The translations under genes were made by a program, and so were the position numbers. Below the pieces are notes generated by a model, which worked only from the letters and a program-made list of their open reading frames with translations, did no database searches and was not told the origin of the DNA. Positions 17,488 to 24,000 of a stretch of 24,000 nt of DNA are shown in pieces (within the stretch, counting starts at the first letter, position 1; each line of letters begins with the position of its first letter). Origin of the DNA: Candidatus Hestiella sp. GTDB lineage: Archaea > Thermoproteota > Thermoprotei_A > Sulfolobales > Acidilobaceae. The stretch lies in assembly GCA_015522625.1 (NCBI GenBank), contig WALX01000133.1:35723-59722 (forward strand), written 5' to 3'.

Positions 17488-17730
17488 CTAGTGCTTAGTT
17501 CTCCTTCTGAATTGCCTTGTTGGCGCATCCCTCCTCCTTTCTAGGTATCCCTTTGCATGAGAAACTATGTGATTTAACAGATCAGGTTCGCTGAAAAAGA
17601 GAGCCCTCTTACAAATTGGACATATATATCCTCCGGAATTTTTAGCCCTGTACGCTATTATCCTAGACCCCTTGAAGCTCACCTCGACCTCCTTGAGATC
17701 CTCAAAAAGGTCTTTGTTATCATCGAGCAA
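17488..17730 (-). CDS. Small C2H2-type zinc-finger protein with a basic tail
   Basis: 80 aa with a TTG start. It has the single finger YICPICKRALFFSEPDLLNHIVSH (CX2C...HX3H) and an Arg-rich C-terminus. Confidence 0.55.
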   Translation of the reverse strand: MLDDNKDLFEDLKEVEVSFKGSRIIAYRAKNSGGYICPICKRALFFSEPDLLNHIVSHAKGYLERRRDAPTRQFRRRTKH

Positions 17731-17936
17731 TTCTATCCCTTATATAGAAATTGTGATAAAGACATATAATTCTTTCTTCTTAGGACTTTATTGCTATAAG
17801 GCCTAAAACCTTGTCTCATCATCTTTATCTATAATAAACCTTCAAGGGTTTAAACGTTATCCTTAAGAAAATACCGAGGATTCAGGCCCTGAGAAAATCC
17901 TTTTGTAAAAACAAAAATAAATTTTGGGAGATTTGA

Positions 17937-18350
17937 TCATTCGTAAGATGTTAGCCTTGTTAATATTCCAGTAAGATCTCTTACCAATATTAGGCCCTTT
18001 AACCTTCCTTCAGAGTCAACTACTGGTAGATGCCTTATCCCTTTTTCATACATCAGGGTCACGACTTTACTTATACCATCGCTTTCCTTTACTGTCCAGG
18101 GGTTCTTTGTCATGACATCTCCTAAGCTTTTATCCAGCGGGATACCATTTGCAACAACCCTTGTTAGATCCCTTTCCGTGAATATACCAATAACTTTATC
18201 CTCTGGTGACGTAACAACTACACAACCTATGCTGTTTTCATCCATTAGTTTTGCAGCGTCTTTTATCTTTATGTTGGGCATTGCAGAAGTAGCTTTTTTC
18301 ATAATGTCTGAAGCTTTTAATTTCAATGTACTTGGCACGATAGACACCAT
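17937..18350 (-). CDS. CBS domain pair protein
   Basis: 137 aa with two CBS repeats (IKDAAKLMDENSIGCVVVT...GIFTERDL and VVTLMYEKGIRHLPVVDSEGRLKGLILVRDL). Confidence 0.85.
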   Translation of the reverse strand: MVSIVPSTLKLKASDIMKKATSAMPNIKIKDAAKLMDENSIGCVVVTSPEDKVIGIFTERDLTRVVANGIPLDKSLGDVMTKNPWTVKESDGISKVVTLMYEKGIRHLPVVDSEGRLKGLILVRDLTGILTRLTSYE

Positions 18351-19026
18351 TATATTACTTCTTTATCCAGGGTATAAAAGTTTTATTATTTAATTAAAAA
18401 TATTTTTATAAAATTGTTATATATAAGGACCATTCGCTTAGTAAATACCTTTAAGCTAATTTAGCACTATTCAAGGAATAGATGCCAAAAAGCATCAATC
18501 ACTAGCAGTTGTGCGTGCAAGGAAGACCCATCTCAATAAAGATATATCTAATGTTGTAACTTTAAAAAACATGTTGCTTGCCTTAAATCCCTTCCTTTTG
18601 CCCCAATGATAGCAGGGTTAACTATTGTAAGTGGGAAGCTATGCCCAACTCAGTAAGGCGATGGGATCCTCTGATACATATGTAGCTTTTACTGAAAAAT
18701 CATATGAGGTATTTGGGATCTTTGCTTAAAGTTATTAAAACCATAAATAGCCAAGGTGACCTAAATAATGTGCATGGGCAACCATCTATATGCATCTATA
18801 GGAACGGTTATAGACGAATATTGGATACATAATTCTCCAAAGCCAAATTATTAAAAACGAATGACTTTGTTATCACTAGGCGTTTATTTAGGTCTGTAAT
18901 TTTCTTTGTTGCAAAAGGGCAGAAATTGCTATAATAGATGACTGCTATAAAAATATATAGCCAAGCATTCAAAATAAAGCAGGTGAAGGGCTCCAATGCC
19001 TTAAGCCATAATAAGGCGGGCCTAGA

Positions 19027-19101
19027 GGACCCGTAGCTCAGCCAGGATAGAGCGTCGGCCCTCTAAGCCGAATGTCGGGGGTTCAAATCCCCCCGGGTCC
19101 G
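19027..19101 (+). tRNA. tRNA-Arg (anticodon TCT), 75 nt including discriminator G; CCA not encoded
   Basis: I folded the cloverleaf by hand. The acceptor is GGACCCG/CGGGTCC and the D arm is GCTC-AGCCAGGATA-GAGC. The anticodon arm is TCGGC-CCTCTAA-GCCGA and the variable region is ATGTC. The T arm is GGGGG-TTCAAAT-CCCCC. The loop reads C32 C33 T34 C35 T36 A37 A38, so position 33 is C rather than the near-universal U. Confidence 0.88.
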
Positions 19102-19172
19102 CCTACATAAGCACCTTGATCTGTACATATGAATATCATAGATGAGCTTATTGATTAAAACAAGAGCCTTAC

Positions 19173-19221
19173 ACCGTTCCTCGCCTACGCCCTTTCTAGG
19201 TTACCGTAGCTTAGTTCATCA
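19173..19221. repeat. Copy U3 of the unassigned ~49-nt GC-rich element
   Basis: accgttcctcgcctacg-26 nt-tcatca. It has the same length as U1 and 36 of 49 ungapped identities. It lies 72 nt downstream of tRNA-Arg. The reverse strand starts with AUGAUGA. Confidence 0.6.
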
Positions 19222-19227
19222 TTATTT

Positions 19228-19276
19228 CTCCTAGCCCCCTCCTGCCCACCTAGGAGCAGGTATCGGGGACTGGGAG
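19228..19276. other. GC-rich nested hairpin with a competing alternative helix (probable structured RNA segment)
   Basis: The nested helices are ctcc(19228-31)/ggag(19273-76), cccc(19036+200 region, 19236-39)/gggg(19265-68) and cctgc(19241-45)/gcagg(19256-60). The mutually exclusive alternative is the 7-bp helix ctcctag(19228-34)/ctaggag(19250-56). It lies directly after repeat copy U3. Confidence 0.4.
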
Positions 19277-19428
19277 CCACCAATGACTTTATAAACAATT
19301 AAAGTCTATAAGCATGTTGCTGCACCAGCATACCTAATAACCCTAAAGGCAAGAAGCCTACATAGACCTTAAAAGACCTATAAACCAAAACTGCACCATA
19401 ATCCTATAAAAAAGGTTTTTTATAATGA

Positions 19429-19502
19429 TGTGCCCCGCATTACCATTTGCCTTTCATCTTCATCCCTCGAAAGAGGTCTCGGGCAATGTGAGACAGCGGG
19501 GC
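19429..19502 (-). ncRNA. Candidate single-hairpin H/ACA box guide sRNA (74 nt)
   Basis: The reverse strand reads GCCCCGC-UGUCUCACA-UUGCC-CGAGACCUCUUUCGAGGGAUGAAGAUGAAA-GGCAA-AUGGUAAU-GCGGGGC-ACA. It has a 7-bp lower stem, a 9/8-nt pocket and a 5-bp upper stem. A K-turn-like element is present: GA precedes CCUC, and GAGG is followed by GAU-GA, around a CCUC-UUUC-GAGG cap. The ACA box follows the lower stem directly, 15 nt below the pocket top. A TATA-like aaaaatataag lies about 30 nt upstream and a U6 tract about 20 nt downstream. Confidence 0.55.
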
Positions 19503-19718
19503 CACTATAATTAATTGCTAGGAAAAGCTCTTATATTTTTGAAGTCAAAAGTGTTTACATAGACCCGATGAAGAATGGTATTACCTCTGAAGTTGATGAA
19601 AAGGCTGAACAGAGGGGGATGCTACTGAAAGAGAAGCCCATGCAAGCTTCCTTAGCTGCAAAAATAAAAAAGATAAAGCACGAGCAACTGCACTATAAAA
19701 ACTATGTTAAAATAACGG

Positions 19719-20000
19719 TCATCCAATAAGATCCTTTACCTCCTTCTTACCCTTTTCTATGCCCTCAACCTGTTGATGGTCTATTCTAAGTAATAGTTCC
19801 TGGAATTCACCAAAATGAATTTTCTCTTCCTCCGCTATGTCTAAAAGGACTTTCTTTATGTCTTGGTTTTCAGTAACGCTAGCTAATTGCTCATATAAAT
19901 TTATCGCGTCTAGCTCTGCTATAATGCCTACCCTTAATATCTCTTTGTCAAGATCTTCTTTAGATAACTTACTTAGTTCATTTGGCATCTTTGATAGCAT
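19719..20000 (-). CDS. Half-ferritin / rubrerythrin-like two-helix protein (EncFtn-like)
   Basis: 93 aa with one Glu-bearing helix (IIAELDAINLYEQL) and one ExxH helix (DIAEEEKIHFGEFQELL). This is half of a di-iron four-helix-bundle site, as in encapsulated-ferritin-type proteins. Confidence 0.65.
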   Translation of the reverse strand: MLSKMPNELSKLSKEDLDKEILRVGIIAELDAINLYEQLASVTENQDIKKVLLDIAEEEKIHFGEFQELLLRIDHQQVEGIEKGKKEVKDLIG

Positions 20001-20206
20001 AGCCTTTCACCACTTTATTTAGAACCTCAATAGTTAAATATATTTTCATCTTATCAAATAGCCATGATTATGTGTCAAAAATGTATGGAAGTACTACCTC
20101 TTAGCTTTTTTTAGTTAAATATTATTCATAATTAATATATATTCTAAAAACAAATTCATACTTAAATTTAAACTCTATATTGCACAAAGATATAGTGGAA
20201 TGAAAC

Positions 20207-20707
20207 ATGGCTACTTTAGGTCATGAGGATAAAGGAAAGCTGATAAGTTATTTTAACGAAGAAGCAAAAAAGGAACTTGAATATGCAGACGACTTAAAAA
20301 GAACTAGTAGCAAATCCGATAATATAGTCGTAAAGCTGATAATAGATGCCGTCTCTCAAGACTCTATAAAACACTCAAAGATATATGAAGTTCTATCCAA
20401 GCTTATACAAAAACCAATGCTTATTAGTGAAAAAGAGTCAAAAGATGTATTAAGCGATATAAACAGGCATATCGAAGAGGAACGAGAGGCCGTAGAAGAG
20501 CTTAACAGGCTCCTGAAAAACGAGGCTTTAAAAGAAGGCAAAGTTCTCAAGTTCCTGATTGAAATGCTATTAAGGGATGAAACTTACCACCATGCACTAT
20601 TGGTAAACATATACAACATTTTAGTCAAGGGTCTTACGCTCGAAGAAGCAGATATATGGGAACAAATATGGGAGAGTTCCTTGTATCACGGTACACCAGG
20701 GGGCTAA
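20207..20707 (+). CDS. Ferritin-like four-helix-bundle protein (tentative)
   Basis: 166 aa and helical. Candidate metal-ligand helices are EEAKKELEYADDL, QDSIKHSKIY (no clean ExxH), EEEREAVEELNRLL and LLRDETYHHALL (ExxH). It is divergent from the half-ferritin gene. Confidence 0.5.
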   Translation: MATLGHEDKGKLISYFNEEAKKELEYADDLKRTSSKSDNIVVKLIIDAVSQDSIKHSKIYEVLSKLIQKPMLISEKESKDVLSDINRHIEEEREAVEELNRLLKNEALKEGKVLKFLIEMLLRDETYHHALLVNIYNILVKGLTLEEADIWEQIWESSLYHGTPGG

Positions 20708-20976
20708 GATCTAGGTCTATTAATCCTTATACTTATCATTTTTCTACAAAAGTGGTTGACCTTTAACATAGGCGAAATAATCCTTTGGTTTTTCTATTAT
20801 ATAGGGATATTATCGGATCTTTAGAGTAATTGAAGAAAAAGCTTAAACCTACTTTGTTACTTAAGAAAAAACGGCCTCCTCATGTTTTTATCCTTGAAAA
20901 ACTATAGCCAAAATATGACCTTTTGATTAAAAAGTGAACCTTATTAAAAAAGCACTTTGGTCGTTATGATAAAAAG

Positions 20977-22545
20977 CTAAACACTTGCAAGACCAGCATT
21001 TGTAGAATCTGTGTTCTTGTTTTTCTCGATCTCTTCCCATTGTTTTTCAAGTTGCATTTCAGCAGCAAGTGCCTTTTTATTTATGTAGTCAGTTATGTAC
21101 CTTAAAAATAACTTTACTGGAGCATACTTAAACCCCTTAATATAATATCTGGCAACTATATCTTTTGCCCAATAAACACTATGGTTAAGTGTTGCTTTTA
21201 AAAGCTCTATGTGCTCTCTTTTAAGGAAGTTTTTCCTAAACCAATCCATATTCTTAAGCATACCCATCGGAACAAAGAACATCGGTACTATCAAACTCCT
21301 GTAAGGCCTCAACCTATCAATTAGCTCTGTTGTTGCCATGACGTCATCAGGTTCCTCTTCTGGTAAACCGGCTATCAAAGTCACAGCAGGGATTATATTG
21401 TGATCCATCAATATAGAAAAGGCTGATTCAACCACCTCGGGCCACTTTTCCGCTGGATAGGGGGCTGCCTTTGCGGGCATGATTTTTTTTGCGAGCTTTA
21501 CACTGCCAGTTTCCAACCCAATTTCTACGCCTAAGAATTCCTGATCGCCACTATACATGATATCAGTTAGCTTTGATACTAGCTTATGGGTTTCTTCAGC
21601 ATACTTAACAGCAGCTAAGCTTGCATGTGACCAAGCTATTGGTAATGTAGTCATATTCCTTATCATTGAATGTAATTTTATTAATTTTTCAGGTCTTGGC
21701 CTAACGCCATCAGCGTAATAGAGCAACATGTCCTCGCTGTGAAGAAGTATCTGATCAACACCTTCATTCAAGTTAACCTTTATTTCTTCCATAACTTTCT
21801 CTGGAGGTATGAACCTCCAAGGCCTTAAGGTAACGCTACAGAATTTGCATCCCCTTGGGCATCCCCTCATGACCTCTACCAAACCATTTACGCTAGCGTG
21901 CTTTATCTTTGGTATTTCTTCTAAGGATGGTACATCAGATGGACCTATAAATACATAGTCTGGAAGGGGTTCTCCATTCAGGGCCTTTTTAGCTATATCA
22001 ATAACGACCCTTTCGGCCTCTCCATCAACTACCGTTGTCACACCCCATTTTTTCCATTCATCTAAAGACCACAGCCACTGCCAAGCCGCAGGACCCCCTA
22101 CAATTATCTTTATTCCTTTCTCTCTGGCCCTCTGCATAGCGGGGCTTTCCATAAACTTCCTAAATGACTTCCTGTTAACGGGCTCCTTTCCGGTGATGCT
22201 CCACCATTCGCTACTCGGCGGACCGTAGGCAAAGTAGTCGTGATGCCCTATCATTATAACCTTAGCGGTATCTAGGTGTTTATGTACATGATCAGGGTCT
22301 ATTACTGACGCATTAATACCAGCATCGATAAGGGCTGCCTCTATTTTCCTCAAACCATAGGTTGCTACTTTTGGCCTTCCAAGTTTATCCACCTTGGGCT
22401 TTGGCGCGGCTATCCACATCCATATGTTTTCTGGCAAACCTATAGAAGGGCCTGTTGTCATGAATCCTAAAAACTCATGTTTGTGGTGATCACTCATCAT
22501 AGTCCTGTCCGTCGTTATTACGACATCATATACCATTTGCATCAC
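20977..22545 (-). CDS. Radical SAM protein with an N-terminal B12-binding-like domain (COG1032-type), function unknown
   Basis: 522 aa with the CxxxCxxC motif in VMRGCPRGCKFCSV. The N-terminal Rossmann-like domain has VIMIGHHDY...IKIIVGGPAAW. The whole protein contains only three Cys, all in the SAM-cluster motif, so no auxiliary Fe-S cluster is expected. Confidence 0.85.
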   Translation of the reverse strand: MMQMVYDVVITTDRTMMSDHHKHEFLGFMTTGPSIGLPENIWMWIAAPKPKVDKLGRPKVATYGLRKIEAALIDAGINASVIDPDHVHKHLDTAKVIMIGHHDYFAYGPPSSEWWSITGKEPVNRKSFRKFMESPAMQRAREKGIKIIVGGPAAWQWLWSLDEWKKWGVTTVVDGEAERVVIDIAKKALNGEPLPDYVFIGPSDVPSLEEIPKIKHASVNGLVEVMRGCPRGCKFCSVTLRPWRFIPPEKVMEEIKVNLNEGVDQILLHSEDMLLYYADGVRPRPEKLIKLHSMIRNMTTLPIAWSHASLAAVKYAEETHKLVSKLTDIMYSGDQEFLGVEIGLETGSVKLAKKIMPAKAAPYPAEKWPEVVESAFSILMDHNIIPAVTLIAGLPEEEPDDVMATTELIDRLRPYRSLIVPMFFVPMGMLKNMDWFRKNFLKREHIELLKATLNHSVYWAKDIVARYYIKGFKYAPVKLFLRYITDYINKKALAAEMQLEKQWEEIEKNKNTDSTNAGLASV

Positions 22546-22795
22546 CCCGAGGTTCCCTCACAACAATTATCGTTTGAGATAAGAATTGCGCTAGGATTTC
22601 TCTCAGTTTTTCCATATACTCACATCCCTGAGAGTTGTATACATGTACGACAACCCTTTTTGCCCTTGCCCTAAAGGCATTAACTAGCTCTCTCTTAACG
22701 TATTTAACATCGCTTGTTGAGTCCCAATATATATGATATGTTGCTTCCCTGTTTTTTTCATTAGGGCTACTTTGAAGCAAGCTACTTCTCCTCAT
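22526..22795 (-). CDS. Hypothetical 89-aa protein, apparently translationally coupled to the radical SAM gene
   Basis: It has an ATG start. Its stop (22526-22528) lies 17-20 nt inside the radical SAM ORF, which has ATG/GTG starts at 22540-22548. Composition is protein-like (beta-alpha-beta-like RVVVHVYNSQGCEYMEKLREILAQ). I recognise no family. Confidence 0.5.
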   Translation of the reverse strand: MRRSSLLQSSPNEKNREATYHIYWDSTSDVKYVKRELVNAFRARAKRVVVHVYNSQGCEYMEKLREILAQFLSQTIIVVREPRGDANGI

Positions 22796-23118
22796 ACATT
22801 AGGTTTTAACTGGAAGGGTTAAATAAGTATTAATCTATATCCTTATTAACCTGCACCCTTTGTCCTAGATGATTAATCATGGTGGTTTAGGGACTGAATT
22901 AAGGTATCCCTTGCAGGCTCCCCACATCACCTATAGCTCTTTGGACAAGGAAAGGGATCAAATGCTAATGCTATCGTTCCACGCTATGAGGCTTATTAGA
23001 GATTTATAACTACAACTGAAAGCCACGCCCTTTAGGGCAGAGAAGGTCAGTAAACGTATAGTTGCCTATTTAAATGTTACAGAAAACAGGAAAAAATAGA
23101 GCTCAAAGGGTGTAACTG

Positions 23119-24000
23119 ATGTCTGAGGAAAACCTGCCAAACAATCCAAAAGAAATTTTATTGAGGGTATCAGAAGCTAGGCCAAGGGATACTGGAAAAA
23201 GGAGAGTTAGAATCGATGTAGATGTTATGAAGCAACTTAACGTAGAGCCGGGAGATATTGTGGAGATAGAAGGTAAAAAGAAAACTGTTGCCGTAGTATG
23301 GCCGGCTTTGCCCGAAGATCAGGGATTAGATATAATAAGGATGGACGGAATCTTAAGGAAGAACGCTGAGGTAAACATAGGAGATAAGGTTATTATTAGA
23401 AAGGCAAACACAAAGCAGGCCGTCAAGGTTAAGCTTGCACCTACCATACACTCAATCTCGGTTGATGACGGCTTCAAGAAATACGTTAAGAAAAAACTTG
23501 TTGGGATACCTGTTATAGAGGGCGATATCATCGTAGTTCCCGTTATAGGGCAAGCTGTACAACTATCTGTAATTGATACCAGGCCTAGGGGGCCCGTTAT
23601 AATTGGTGAGAAAACATCGGTAGATATTTTGGAAAAACCCATGACCCAAATAAGTGTGCCAAAGGTAACCTATGAAGACATTGGTGGGCTTAGAGATGTC
23701 GTGTCAAGAATAAGAGAACTCGTTGAGTTGCCATTAAGGCACCCAGAACTTTTCTCAAGACTTGGCATAGAGCCTCCTAAGGGTGTGCTGCTCTTCGGCC
23801 CTCCTGGGACTGGGAAGACGCTATTGGCAAAGGCTGTAGCGACTGAAAGCGACGCCTATTTCATAGCAATCAATGGACCTGAAATAATGAGCAAGTTCTA
23901 CGGCGAGAGCGAACAGAGGCTGAGGGAGATATTTGAAGAAGCAAAAAAGAACGCCCCTGCAATAATATTTATTGATGAAATAGACGCGATAGCTCCAAAG
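23119..24000 (+). CDS. cdc48: CDC48/VCP-type AAA+ ATPase, N-terminal 294 codons; continues past the window end
   Basis: Absent from the ORF track because there is no stop in the window. My translation from ATG 23119 reads [63 protein letters not shown]...[59 protein letters not shown]...[13 protein letters not shown]. It has the CDC48 N-domain followed by the D1 Walker A and Walker B motifs. Confidence 0.92.
   Translation, partial: MSEENLPNNPKEILLRVSEARPRDTGKRRVRIDVDVMKQLNVEPGDIVEIEGKKKTVAVVWPALPEDQGLDIIRMDGILRKNAEVNIGDKVIIRKANTKQAVKVKLAPTIHSISVDDGFKKYVKKKLVGIPVIEGDIIVVPVIGQAVQLSVIDTRPRGPVIIGEKTSVDILEKPMTQISVPKVTYEDIGGLRDVVSRIRELVELPLRHPELFSRLGIEPPKGVLLFGPPGTGKTLLAKAVATESDAYFIAINGPEIMSKFYGESEQRLREIFEEAKKNAPAIIFIDEIDAIAPK

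Noticed and set aside
18808-18996. 62-aa reverse-strand ORF upstream of the tRNA
   Set aside because: The translation is AT-rich, Phe/Ile/Asn-heavy and low-complexity, with no upstream signals. It is most likely a chance ORF in spacer DNA.
19565-19640. Cluster of C/D-like boxes (CGAUGA, UGAUGA, three CUGA)
   Set aside because: The box spacings (15, 2, 5 and 25 nt) do not fit any legal C-guide-D' / C'-guide-D arrangement. The region also overlaps a possible small ORF.
19102-19718. Integrated element at the tRNA-Arg 3' end
   Set aside because: There is no integrase gene, and no second copy of the tRNA 3' half (for example the ggttcaaatcc block) anywhere in the window that could mark an att site.
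19568-19729. Sub-threshold 53-codon + strand ORF (MKNGITSEVDEKAEQRGMLLKEKPMQASLAAKIKKIKHEQLHYKNYVKITVIQ)
   Set aside because: It is protein-like and Lys-rich, but it has no recognisable family or clear promoter. It also overlaps the convergent half-ferritin gene by 11 nt. I cannot support it from sequence alone.
22867-22897. AGAUGA ... CUGA pair in the cdc48 upstream region, flanked by cctgca/tgcagg
   Set aside because: Only 21 nt separate the boxes, which is too short for a C/D sRNA. The C box is imperfect, and the flanking helix is 12 nt away from each box rather than adjacent.

Overview
The window looks like a chromosomal segment from an AT-rich, probably hyperthermophilic archaeon, most likely crenarchaeal (Thermoproteota). 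Supporting signs are archaeal-type ProRS, CDC48, a geranylgeranyl reductase, an A-type ATPase proteolipid and an e-MtaB-type methylthiotransferase, plus RNA genes that are markedly more GC-rich than the coding DNA. Most of the window is tightly packed housekeeping genes: cysS (partial), GGR, hsp20, trm5, RNase P RNA, nadK, a Nob1-like PIN protein, a MiaB-like enzyme, dcd, atpK, proS, pcm, a polyprenyl synthase, a UbiE-like methyltransferase, a CBS protein, tRNA-Arg and cdc48 (partial). Two edge genes (cysS, cdc48) and all RNA genes are missing from the ORF track and were found by reading the sequence. The accessory or unusual content is as follows. (1) An IS607-type element (MerR-HTH serine recombinase TnpA plus TnpB) sits between a polyprenyl synthase and a UbiE-like methyltransferase; its TnpB keeps RuvC D/E/D spacing but has a collapsed N-terminal half and a degraded zinc finger. 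(2) Two noncoding RNA islands (886-1508 and 18351-19718) carry a good H/ACA guide RNA candidate, a weaker C/D box candidate, a GC-rich hairpin with two competing folds, and three copies of an unassigned ~49-nt GC-rich element. (3) A divergent pair of ferritin-like genes includes a 93-aa half-ferritin. (4) A three-cysteine B12-domain-like radical SAM gene appears translationally coupled to an 89-aa ORF. I found no CRISPR array and no recognisable defence system. No complete new system can be demonstrated from the sequence alone; the strongest leads are the small-RNA candidates and the atypical TnpB.
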